Positions 1-8,595 of a DNA stretch of 51,357 bases are shown here, piece after piece (position 1 is the first letter of the stretch; every line of letters begins with the position of its first letter). The notes under the pieces are model-generated. The model was not told the origin of the DNA and searched no databases. It saw nothing but the letters and a program-made list of their open reading frames with translations. A program made the position numbers and the translations under genes. Source of the stretch: an uncultured Candidatus Saccharibacteria bacterium (GTDB lineage Bacteria > Patescibacteriota > Saccharimonadia > Saccharimonadales > Saccharimonadaceae); NCBI GenBank assembly GCA_946616455.1, contig CAMOIR010000001.1, forward strand, positions 1 to 51,357, written 5' to 3'.

Positions 1-2
1 AT

Positions 3-1097
3 GCTCACTTCTACGGTCCACAAGAAACCATCACTGCTCCAGTAGGTACTACCGCAAATGGTCTTTCGCTTTATGCGGTCTGGGTTAAGAGTGAAGGTAA
101 TCTCCAAGATGCAGCCAAAGTTACTGCACTATGTGGTACTAATGGTACTGGCGGTTCACTTACTACTGCTCCAACTAATGGTACTGCTAATCTATCCTCT
201 GTATCCGCCCTCACCGATCAGCGCGACAATCAAACCTACGCCATCGCTAAACTTGCTGATGGTAAATGTTGGATGATTGAAAACCTCCGCCTAGAGAGTA
301 CCAACTCGGATAATGCTACTGGTGCCTTAGCTCAAGGCTATGGCACATCTACAACTTACGGTAACTTCGGAGGCCTAGCTGATGCAGAATCCACCAACTT
401 CTCCAATTCTACTACCGCAAACAGCCTCTACTACAGTGGTACCCAATCAGGTACTGCTAGCATCGATATCGGCACTACAAATAACCCAGGCTACCGTATG
501 CCACGCTATAATAATATCAATACTCAAAGTAGAGCTAATAACCCAACCGCAAATGAAACTGCCATGTATAGCTATGGCAACTACTACACCTGGCACGCTG
601 CTATAGCTGATCTTACTTATAACGGTACCGATAATCAATCTACTACTGGTACCTCGCTATGTCCAGCCGGTTGGCATCTACCAACAGGTGGGTTAGCCTA
701 CGCGAGTGGCGGTACTAGTGGAGTAAACGTTACCGGAGATACTAGCACTTTCCGTGAATTCTACAACTTAGGTTACAAAACTATGGATGAAGTAAAGACT
801 GCCTATGAAGATACGCCAAATAGTGGTTATGCCTATTATTCATCTAATACCACAAATACTGCCGGAAAGACTGCTACTGCTGCATTTAGAAGCTTTCCAA
901 ATAACTTCCTCTACTCCGGCTACTTCCTTACGTCGTCTGCCAACAATAGAGGGTCCTACGGCAGCTATTGGTCGTCTACTGCGTACAATAGCGTCCGTAG
1001 CTACTACCTGTACCTGCATAGCTCCACTGTGTACCCAGGTACCAATATCTATAATAAGAGCTACGGGCGAAGTATTAGGTGTACGGCCGGCTCCTAG
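3..1097 (+). CDS. FISUMP (Fibrobacter succinogenes major paralogous domain)-type surface protein, 5'-truncated by window edge; probable DGR target
   Basis: Frame is open from position 3 (AHFYGPQET...LTDQRDNQTYAIAKLADGKCWMIENLRL). Motifs D.RD...Y, CWM.ENL, YGNYYTW, CPAGWHLPT, YWSST and GRSIRC are typical of FISUMP domains. Confidence 0.85.
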   Translation, partial: AHFYGPQETITAPVGTTANGLSLYAVWVKSEGNLQDAAKVTALCGTNGTGGSLTTAPTNGTANLSSVSALTDQRDNQTYAIAKLADGKCWMIENLRLESTNSDNATGALAQGYGTSTTYGNFGGLADAESTNFSNSTTANSLYYSGTQSGTASIDIGTTNNPGYRMPRYNNINTQSRANNPTANETAMYSYGNYYTWHAAIADLTYNGTDNQSTTGTSLCPAGWHLPTGGLAYASGGTSGVNVTGDTSTFREFYNLGYKTMDEVKTAYEDTPNSGYAYYSSNTTNTAGKTATAAFRSFPNNFLYSGYFLTSSANNRGSYGSYWSSTAYNSVRSYYLYLHSSTVYPGTNIYNKSYGRSIRCTAGS

Positions 1098-1117
1098 TGA
1101 ACTGTATCTGAACTGTA

Positions 1118-1380
1118 CCCAGATAGCCTCTCCTCACCATATCGTGGTTTCCAGGTATTTAATATGTTATTTCACTCGCATTTTCGCGAGCCCGAGAGAA
1201 TTTTTGGAAGTTTTAGGAAAATTTGACTCGCGAACCGTGAAGACAGCCGTGAGTCGAGCAAATTTTCCGTGAAAAAACTTCCAAAAATTTCTCCCGGCGA
1301 TTAAGCGAACCGCGAGTAAAATAACATATTAAATAAAATCAGCAGACTAAGTCCCCACGATGAGAAAAAGGCTATTTGGG
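1118..1380. repeat. Long imperfect palindrome (core 1156-1335) between convergent genes
   Basis: Arm pairs: TATTTAATATGTTATTT/AAATAACATATTAAATA, GAATTTTTGGAAGTTTT/AAAACTTCCAAAAATTTC, GGAAAATTTG/CAAATTTTCC, outer CCCAGATAGCCT/AGGCTATTTGGG. Confidence 0.85.
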
Positions 1381-1409
1381 CGCCAGATCCCCAATTGACG
1401 ACAGCGATA

Positions 1410-2354
1410 TCATTTTACTATCAGCTCACTCGCCCCCAAATCTTGCTCCCCAAGCGCCACCGACCGAATCGTAAAGTCATCATAGGTATTATAGTAATAT
1501 GTTTGCGTGGCACTAGAATACCCACCGGTATAAACTGTCTTTTCGAAGGCTCCGTCGGCCATCGCGGCACCCCCGTCAATCATCGCCACCCCAGCAAGGG
1601 TATGGAACAGTCGCGACACATTAGCTGCCTCGGAGTCTTGCACTGGATAATGCGTATTGAAATACGCCACACGAATAAATCTATCTGTCGAATAGAATCC
1701 GCCAGGTAAACCTCGCATCAGGGAACCAGTTCCAAACGCCGTCATATGAGCCTTTTTCCATTGTATCTCTTTTGGCATCTGGGGGAATAAATTCATATAG
1801 TTGCGCAAATTCTCCTTGTGCCATCCATAACCTGGTTGATTAGTCAAAATATCCACATCGTTTTCAAATATTTCCATCCCAGCCGAAGTGTATTCCACCA
1901 CAATTGACCGTTTCGCGTCCCCAATCAGCCAATGTAGCTGCGACACTGGATATTGGTCATTAATCGGTTTTGCTACAATCACTACATCGCGCAGTGCTTT
2001 CTCGGCCTCGTCCACTGTCTTAAAATTGAGCACCACCCACAGTGGAAATTCATATGCCGCTACATTGGTCTTGCCATCTATCTCTGAGTCAGCATATGCA
2101 GCATAACCAGGGAAGTTTAGTCCAGCTACCGCCAAACCATGCTCGTTTGCGCAGTCAAAATATAGTGGTACATTCTCGGCTATTATCCCCATGCCGATCG
2201 CGGCCGAGCCACCCATCTCTCCAAGAAACGCTGATTGGTACTTATATCCTCGTGGCGTAATCACTACTTTTTGCCCATATCCTTCTGACCAGTCTAAGTT
2301 GCGCCCAAAAAACATATTTCCAGCGCTATCACTAAATCTCACCCCTGTACACAT
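1410..2354 (-). CDS. bsh: Choloylglycine hydrolase (bile salt hydrolase / penicillin V acylase, Ntn-hydrolase)
   Basis: True start is MCTGVRF (catalytic Cys2) at 2354, preceded by AGAGGAG. Motifs GRNLDW, NEHGL, LTNQP and GLPG...S..RF are present. Confidence 0.9.
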   Translation of the reverse strand: MCTGVRFSDSAGNMFFGRNLDWSEGYGQKVVITPRGYKYQSAFLGEMGGSAAIGMGIIAENVPLYFDCANEHGLAVAGLNFPGYAAYADSEIDGKTNVAAYEFPLWVVLNFKTVDEAEKALRDVVIVAKPINDQYPVSQLHWLIGDAKRSIVVEYTSAGMEIFENDVDILTNQPGYGWHKENLRNYMNLFPQMPKEIQWKKAHMTAFGTGSLMRGLPGGFYSTDRFIRVAYFNTHYPVQDSEAANVSRLFHTLAGVAMIDGGAAMADGAFEKTVYTGGYSSATQTYYYNTYDDFTIRSVALGEQDLGASELIVK

Positions 2355-2475
2355 ATAAAAACTCCTCTTTGTATTATTTATAACTATTTTACCACAAAAC
2401 CATAAGCTTCTTGCCAAAAAAATCCAAAAAACATATAATAGCCACATGAAAAAATGCAGGTTAACAGAGAAAAAA

Positions 2476-3042
2476 ATGTCAAACAAACGTTTCAAAAAAA
2501 CCGAACAAGCCATTCTTATAGCATATTATCGTTTTCGTGATTACCCTGTAGCGAAAAAGATTGCTAAATCTGCCAAAATCTCTCGTTCTACTCTTTATCG
2601 ACACCATCAAACGACCACGAATATTCCGTATGATTACGAGGAATACCTACTCCAGGCGTATCTAAGGACAATTCGTAAATTCAGCAAAAAGAAAAATCCT
2701 TCACTGAAAACCGTCCTTCTTCGCACTCTTGTTTTTATCGCTTCCAACAGGGAAGTTTTTTTAATTTTATTCCAAAGCAACCATAAAGAGGTGATTAACA
2801 AAATGCTAGATCACATCAAACTTATCATTCTTGAGGAATGGAAATTAGGTGGAGATTTGAATAAAATGTATAGCATCTATAAAAATGAAGTATTGGGCGC
2901 CATAGAAATCTGGGGAAAGGCTAATTTTTCCAATCAAACCTTAAATTCTGCCTTAGAGGCCATTGTTTATTTGACCAAGACCGCTCGTCAAAATCTTTTA
3001 CCTCTAGAATCTAAACCCACAAAAACTCAAACAAGTGTTTAA
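2476..3042 (+). CDS. TetR/AcrR-like transcriptional regulator, divergent from bsh
   Basis: N-terminal KRFKKTEQAI...KIAKSAKISRSTLYRH helix-turn-helix pattern. Start could be 2446 or 2476. Confidence 0.7.
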   Translation: MSNKRFKKTEQAILIAYYRFRDYPVAKKIAKSAKISRSTLYRHHQTTTNIPYDYEEYLLQAYLRTIRKFSKKKNPSLKTVLLRTLVFIASNREVFLILFQSNHKEVINKMLDHIKLIILEEWKLGGDLNKMYSIYKNEVLGAIEIWGKANFSNQTLNSALEAIVYLTKTARQNLLPLESKPTKTQTSV

Positions 3043-3071
3043 TATAAAGAGCAAGATTTAAGGAACATTGA

Positions 3072-5006
3072 TTACAGTAGTCCAGGTGGATCTAGAGTGA
3101 TTTTAAAACTTTTATCAATCCCGTCACATGCCTGAATGAGGGCTTTTCTTTGTCGACTCCTTACTATTATCTGCCAGGTGTATCCCTTAACGGTCCTTTC
3201 ATGAAAGGCAGGGAAGGGTGGAGAGATAATCAATCTGCTATCACCAGATAGCTTATGTATTAAAGCCTGCACTTTTTGTATGACAATTCTCTCTGTTTTC
3301 ATAGTAATCTCGAGTTTTAGGATGAATCGAAACGGCGGAAATCCAGATTTTTTGCGCTGAGATATGGCATAATTATAGAATCCAAGATAATCTTCGTCTG
3401 TTGCAAATTTTATTACAGGGTGTTCCGGGCGGTAAGTCTGAATAAAAACCTCTGCCTTATCCGTATGTCCTCGCCCCACTCTACCAATTACCTGCGTAAG
3501 AAGCTGGAATGTTCTTTCCTCGGCTGCATAATCTGGTAATGATAGTCCAGCATCTGCCTGCATTACTCCTACTGTCGATAGTTTTGGTAAATCTAGCCCT
3601 TTTGCTATAGTCTGTGTCCCGACCAAGATATCCACTTCACCCTCTTTTACGGCTAGGTATTGAGTGTCCATTCCTTCGCCCTTTTTACTATCAGCATCAA
3701 ACCTTTTTACGCGTGCACTAGGGAACATCTTCTTGAGCTCTGATTCTAATAGCTTAGTCCCAAATCCTTTATGGATTAGCCCTGGCGCACCACATTTTGG
3801 ACAAACCATGGGTACGGGTAACTTACGTTCACACGTATGACAATGCAGCATATATTCGTCAGCATGGAGAGTTAGTGGTAAAAAACAATTCGGACAGAGT
3901 ATCTCCTCGCCACATTTTTCACAAATAGTTAACGGAGAAGATCCTCTTCGGTTATGAAAAATCAAAGTTTGTCGCCCCTGTTCTAGGTTTTTTGCAATTG
4001 CAGCAAGAAGTGAGGAGGAGATATACTTGTTCTTTGTGAAATTATCTCTATTCTTAAAATCGACTATCCGTATCTCGGGCTTCTTCGCTGTGGCTTTTGC
4101 CTTTTTAGTGATAGATACTACTGCATTTTGCGTGGAGGCCAAATAATAATCTTCTATTCTAGGGGTAGCTGAACCAAGAATAAGAGAAGCATTTAGTTTT
4201 TTTGCCATAAAACTTGCGACTCTAATGGCAGAATATCTAGGTGCATTATCCTGGAAAAACGCCGAATCGTGTTCCTCATCGATAATGATTAGACCAAGGT
4301 TACTTACGGGTGCAAATAATGCGGACCTTGCCCCCACGATAATAAGAGGTTTATCTGCCATTAAAATTTGTTCAAACAATAGATGCCGTTCTGATTCTGT
4401 TAAGCCAGAATGTAAGGTAATGACGCAATCACCAAACACTTCTTGAAAAAAACGTACAAGCTGTCCAGTTAAAGCAATTTCTGGTACCAGTAATATGGTG
4501 GACTTATGGTCCTGTAACGCATTTATAGCCATTCTGAGATAGATATTTGTTTTACCACTACCGGTAACGCCAAACAGCAGTTTCGTGGCACACAGAGCCT
4601 TCTGGAGGCCTTCTAGGGCATTTTTTTGCGACATATTCAGTTGTATTTCGCCTATAGACCGAGCCTGATGATTGTTTTTCGTACGACCGAACATTTGTTC
4701 GGTTTTACGTCTTTTCTTCTCAACGCCTCTGGGAAGAATTAGGGATACAGCCTGTCCAGAAGGTGTCAGGTAGTATTCGTGTATGAATTTTACTGCATCG
4801 AGCAAATGTTTGGGTAATGGTTTTGAGTACAGTATTTTACTAATTGATTTAGTCTTAAAATCTGGTTGTGCAACTTTTTTAACCACTACACCAGGAAGCA
4901 TACGTTTGCCTACTGGTACTATTACGATTTGCCCAGGCAAAAGGGAATCATGAAAATCGTAAACAAAACTCTCTACTCTCCCCTCTGGTACTACCTCATA
5001 AAACAT
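3072..5006 (-). CDS. priA: Primosomal protein N'
   Basis: GVTGSGKT, LVPEIALT, DEEHD, SATP, Cys-rich zinc region (CEKC, CPNC, CHTC, CPKC), QVIGRVGR. ATG at 5006 follows TATAAT. Confidence 0.95.
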   Translation of the reverse strand: MFYEVVPEGRVESFVYDFHDSLLPGQIVIVPVGKRMLPGVVVKKVAQPDFKTKSISKILYSKPLPKHLLDAVKFIHEYYLTPSGQAVSLILPRGVEKKRRKTEQMFGRTKNNHQARSIGEIQLNMSQKNALEGLQKALCATKLLFGVTGSGKTNIYLRMAINALQDHKSTILLVPEIALTGQLVRFFQEVFGDCVITLHSGLTESERHLLFEQILMADKPLIIVGARSALFAPVSNLGLIIIDEEHDSAFFQDNAPRYSAIRVASFMAKKLNASLILGSATPRIEDYYLASTQNAVVSITKKAKATAKKPEIRIVDFKNRDNFTKNKYISSSLLAAIAKNLEQGRQTLIFHNRRGSSPLTICEKCGEEILCPNCFLPLTLHADEYMLHCHTCERKLPVPMVCPKCGAPGLIHKGFGTKLLESELKKMFPSARVKRFDADSKKGEGMDTQYLAVKEGEVDILVGTQTIAKGLDLPKLSTVGVMQADAGLSLPDYAAEERTFQLLTQVIGRVGRGHTDKAEVFIQTYRPEHPVIKFATDEDYLGFYNYAISQRKKSGFPPFRFILKLEITMKTERIVIQKVQALIHKLSGDSRLIISPPFPAFHERTVKGYTWQIIVRSRQRKALIQACDGIDKSFKITLDPPGLL

Positions 5007-5275
5007 ATCTGTATTATACCACGATGTGGGGACAGGAGGCCGGACCTGTCTTTTTTTCACCATCAAAAATTGATTCAAAAGTTCAATGCGTATACCCCTG
5101 ACAGATCAGATAAGTTCGTCCCGTAGGGGCGGTTCTATCCACACCCCAATGTATGGCATGCCTAAAACCGTAAGTCCCGATACCGAAAAGATAAGTTCGC
5201 CCAGAACCTGCCCAGAAAAATGTTGTAATTTTTACAGGTTTTGTGCTACAATAGAGTGAGTTAAAGCGAGGTAAT

Positions 5276-5566
5276 ATGTTAGAAATTTTTGTGACTTCTA
5301 GGGTGCGCCGTAAAATTTTAGTCGTATTTGCTAAGTACCCAGACTTCAAGACTCACGTCAGGGGTCTAGCCAAACTTATTAAAGAAGATCCCGGCAACAT
5401 TCAAAGGGAGCTAGAACGCATGTCTAGAGGTGGTTTCTTGATTGTTACCAAAAAAGGCAAGACTAAAATATACCAAACCAACAAGCAATTTCCAATCTTA
5501 AAAGAACTCCAATCTATTGTCATAAAAAGCCAAAAAGGCAGCAAACCCAGTAAAACTATCGGTTAA
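5276..5566 (+). CDS. Small winged-helix HTH protein (ArsR/MarR-like)
   Basis: HVRGLAKLIKEDPGNIQRELERM followed by a wing ending in KIYQ. Confidence 0.7.
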   Translation: MLEIFVTSRVRRKILVVFAKYPDFKTHVRGLAKLIKEDPGNIQRELERMSRGGFLIVTKKGKTKIYQTNKQFPILKELQSIVIKSQKGSKPSKTIG

Positions 5567-5578
5567 CAGAGGTAAAAG

Positions 5579-7198
5579 TTGAGCAAAATATTTGAAAGAT
5601 TAATCAAGAAACGAAACTTAGATACTACTTTTTTGTCACCTCGATACGAAAAATCTATAGATCCATTTTTGCTTCGCGATATGGACAAAACTATCTTTCG
5701 TATCAAAAAAGCCATCAAAAATCAAGAAAGAATCCTTATTTATGGCGATTATGATGTAGACGGGGTTACCTCTAGTACTTTGATGGAAAAAGCTCTAATA
5801 CTCGCTGGGATAGCTCCAGACAATATCGAAATTATGCTTCCAGACCGTTTTGTCGATGGTTATGGCATGAGTCCAAAATTGATTAATCGTGCCAAAGAAG
5901 GCCACGTTTCTCTTGTTATAACCGTAGATTGTGGTTCACACAATCACGCCATTATTGAGGAACTAAACGAGTCTAATATCGATACTATAGTCACAGATCA
6001 TCACGAAACTAGCGATAAGCTACCAGAAGCTTTAGCCATAGTTAATCCTCATCGCAAAGATTATCCTACAAAAGAGCTTCAAAACCTTGCCGGCGTCGGT
6101 GTTGCTTTTAAGGTAGCCGAAGCATTAGTCAGTGAAGGTCTAATCAAAAAAGGCCAAGAAAAGTGGTTTCTTGACCTAGTCTTACTTGGCACTATCTGTG
6201 ACAGCATGCTCCTCACTGGCGATAATCGCCGCCTCTGTTTTTACGGCATGAAAGTCCTAGCGAAGACTCGTCGACCTGGTCTTATCGAACTCATGCGAAA
6301 GGCCGGTATCAAATCATTAAACTCTGACTCTATTGGATTCCAGATTGGCCCACGTCTTAATGCGGCCGGTAGGCTAGAATCTGCCACCACGTCTCTAGAA
6401 CTACTTCGTACTAATTCTCCCACCAAGGCCGCAAGTATTGCCGAGAAGTTAGAAATGCTCAACAAAAAACGTAAAACTGAGCAACTAGCCGCCACCAAAG
6501 AGATAGAGGAAAGAGGTATCGGTGACAACCCAGTTATTATCGAAACTGGCCGTTGGCACGAGGGAATTCTTGGTATTGTTGCGGGCCATCTGGTAGAAGA
6601 TTATCAAAGACCGGCCTTTGTATTAACTGAGTTAGAAGGGAATGTTTTTAAGGGTTCTGGTCGCAGTTTTGGTGATTTTAATCTTGCCGACGCTCTCGAT
6701 TTCGCCAAAGAATCCATTATTAATGGCGGTGGCCACGCTGGCGCTGCCGGCGTTAAAGTTGATGGGAAAAATCTTTATAAGTTTCGCGAGCAAATTAATG
6801 AATACTACTACTCCCTTCATCTAAAAAACCAAGAAAATTATTTAAAACAGCATGCCGACCTAGAATTAACTGATTTCTCCGACCTTAATCTAAATCTCCT
6901 CGAAGAATTAAAACAGCTTGAGCCTTACGGCCCAGGGAACGAAGAGCCGATTTTTCGCCTCAAAAACGTCAATCTTGTAAACGTCACTCGTATGGGTGCA
7001 GACCGTAACCATCTTCGCCTTGACCTCCGCGATAAAGACGGTAAATACCTTAAGCTTGTCGCCTTCTATGCTCCAGAAAAATGGCTGAATCTCGATCCTC
7101 AATTCGACCGCATCGAACCCCTAGTAAAGCTTAATGAAAATGATTTTAACGGCGTCAAATCCGTCGAAGCTCGTATCATTGATTTAACTATAACCTAA
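5579..7198 (+). CDS. recJ: ssDNA-specific exonuclease RecJ
   Basis: YGDYDVDG, ITVDCG, TDHH, PRLNAAGR, GSGRS, GGHAGAAG. Confidence 0.95.
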   Translation: MSKIFERLIKKRNLDTTFLSPRYEKSIDPFLLRDMDKTIFRIKKAIKNQERILIYGDYDVDGVTSSTLMEKALILAGIAPDNIEIMLPDRFVDGYGMSPKLINRAKEGHVSLVITVDCGSHNHAIIEELNESNIDTIVTDHHETSDKLPEALAIVNPHRKDYPTKELQNLAGVGVAFKVAEALVSEGLIKKGQEKWFLDLVLLGTICDSMLLTGDNRRLCFYGMKVLAKTRRPGLIELMRKAGIKSLNSDSIGFQIGPRLNAAGRLESATTSLELLRTNSPTKAASIAEKLEMLNKKRKTEQLAATKEIEERGIGDNPVIIETGRWHEGILGIVAGHLVEDYQRPAFVLTELEGNVFKGSGRSFGDFNLADALDFAKESIINGGGHAGAAGVKVDGKNLYKFREQINEYYYSLHLKNQENYLKQHADLELTDFSDLNLNLLEELKQLEPYGPGNEEPIFRLKNVNLVNVTRMGADRNHLRLDLRDKDGKYLKLVAFYAPEKWLNLDPQFDRIEPLVKLNENDFNGVKSVEARIIDLTIT

Positions 7199-7284
7199 TA
7201 AACATAAGTATGTTCGACAAATTCACCCCGGTGTGATATAACTACAAAAGTTACCGTAGTTAGTATGAACATTATTAGAGAGAG

Positions 7285-7818
7285 GTGTTTGGTATGGTGA
7301 TGTTTTTTTGTGTTGTAGCTTTCTTGTTTATTACCTCAGTAGCCATCTATGGTATATATTATCTTGAAGTAGATCGCACATTAAGAATGGATTATTTTGA
7401 TTTCATAGCAACTTGTTTATCGGATGTTTTACTCTTTGGAGAAGCGCTACTTAGTAGAATAGTTATCCAAAAAGTTTATCACCACGAAAACAGACCAGAG
7501 AATTATTTCAAGGAAGGGGATGAGGTTTTTTTCTTTAATGTTCTCTGCGGGGGCTATTTGGTGGCGGAACAAGAACCCGAAGGTGTTTACGAAAGCACTA
7601 TTTTACAACGTAGGAACCATAACGCTGATGGTATGGTTGGTATACTAATAGGAGAAAACAAGTATCAGGTAGATATTCATAGCGAGTACCTAATGCACGT
7701 TCATGAACTTTGCACCCTCAAGAAATCAATTCTCTCAAGATGGTTTTATTGCGTAGGAATGACTAGGGCAGATAAAAAAGCGTTAATAACAGCCATCAAA
7801 ACCACTCCCCTACAATAA
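7285..7818 (+). CDS. Hypothetical protein with N-terminal transmembrane segment
   Basis: 177-aa ORF with its own -10, SD-like GAGAGG and a terminator. No recognised family. Confidence 0.6.
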   Translation: MFGMVMFFCVVAFLFITSVAIYGIYYLEVDRTLRMDYFDFIATCLSDVLLFGEALLSRIVIQKVYHHENRPENYFKEGDEVFFFNVLCGGYLVAEQEPEGVYESTILQRRNHNADGMVGILIGENKYQVDIHSEYLMHVHELCTLKKSILSRWFYCVGMTRADKKALITAIKTTPLQ

Positions 7819-7832
7819 GTAGGGGATTTTTT
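7806..7832 (+). terminator. Intrinsic terminator
   Basis: TCCCCTAC-loop-GTAGGGGA followed by TTTTTT. Confidence 0.75.
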
Positions 7833-7886
7833 ATTATTCAAAAAGGTTATCATCGCATGAAATTTGTATTATGATATAATTATGGT

Positions 7887-8417
7887 ATGAAAAAAGTCAT
7901 CCTCAAATGTAAACTCAAAAATCACGATGCTTTTGAGCAGAAACTCAGTGATATTGACCTAGATTTTTCGCCGATTTATTGGCAACACGACAGAGTATAT
8001 GTGCCAAAGAATTACAAACCAAATTCTAATTTTCCACGCCTTATCATGCGTACCGAAATGAAGGCTGTAGATAAGCCAGCAAAATATTATTATATTCTGA
8101 AGCGTCATATTGAAGATTCCGGCATCGACATTATCGAGGATACTGAGGTTTCCGACTATGAAAAGCTCGTTAATATTATTCTTCAACTCGGCTTCAAACT
8201 GGCAAAAGAAGTTTCCAGACGTCGCCAAGACCTCAAAATGGGCGAAGGGAATTACATCTACCTTGACAAAGTTGACGGCACCCCAGGCTATTATGCCAAA
8301 ATCGAATCCGACCTTTCTGACAAAGACTCTGTATTCGAAGCCAAACAAGACCTCGAAAAAACCTTCAAAACCCTCGGCGAATCTAACTTCGTGGATAAAC
8401 CTTATTTTGAACTATAA
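7887..8417 (+). CDS. CYTH (class IV adenylate cyclase / triphosphate tunnel)-like protein
   Basis: K.K at the N-terminus, Q.D..Y, LGF....V.RRR, IYLDKV. Several catalytic acidic residues appear degenerate. Confidence 0.65.
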   Translation: MKKVILKCKLKNHDAFEQKLSDIDLDFSPIYWQHDRVYVPKNYKPNSNFPRLIMRTEMKAVDKPAKYYYILKRHIEDSGIDIIEDTEVSDYEKLVNIILQLGFKLAKEVSRRRQDLKMGEGNYIYLDKVDGTPGYYAKIESDLSDKDSVFEAKQDLEKTFKTLGESNFVDKPYFEL

Positions 8418-8590
8418 ACTTGGTTTTTGTGAATATTGAGCGAGCCAAGAATTTTTGGGCAATTTTTAGAAAAATCGACGCACGTGACCCTCATCCGGCG
8501 TAAGACGCGCGATTTTTCGTTAAGAAAATTGTCCAAAAATTCATGACGCGAGTGAAGCACGAACAAAAACAAGTTTATAATTCAAAAGAA
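8402..8590. repeat. Long imperfect palindrome related to the 1156-1335 element
   Basis: Arm pairs TTTTGAACTATAAACTTG/CAAGTTTATAATTCAAAA, GAATTTTTGGGCAATTTT/AAAATTGTCCAAAAATTC, GAAAAATCG/CGATTTTTC. Confidence 0.85.
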
Positions 8591-8595
8591 AAACT

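Noticed and set aside
58-1272. Alternative-frame ORFs 58-276, 382-606, 447-638 and 805-1272
   Set aside because: Shadows of the FISUMP gene. The true frame is open from position 3, and 805-1272 runs into the palindrome.
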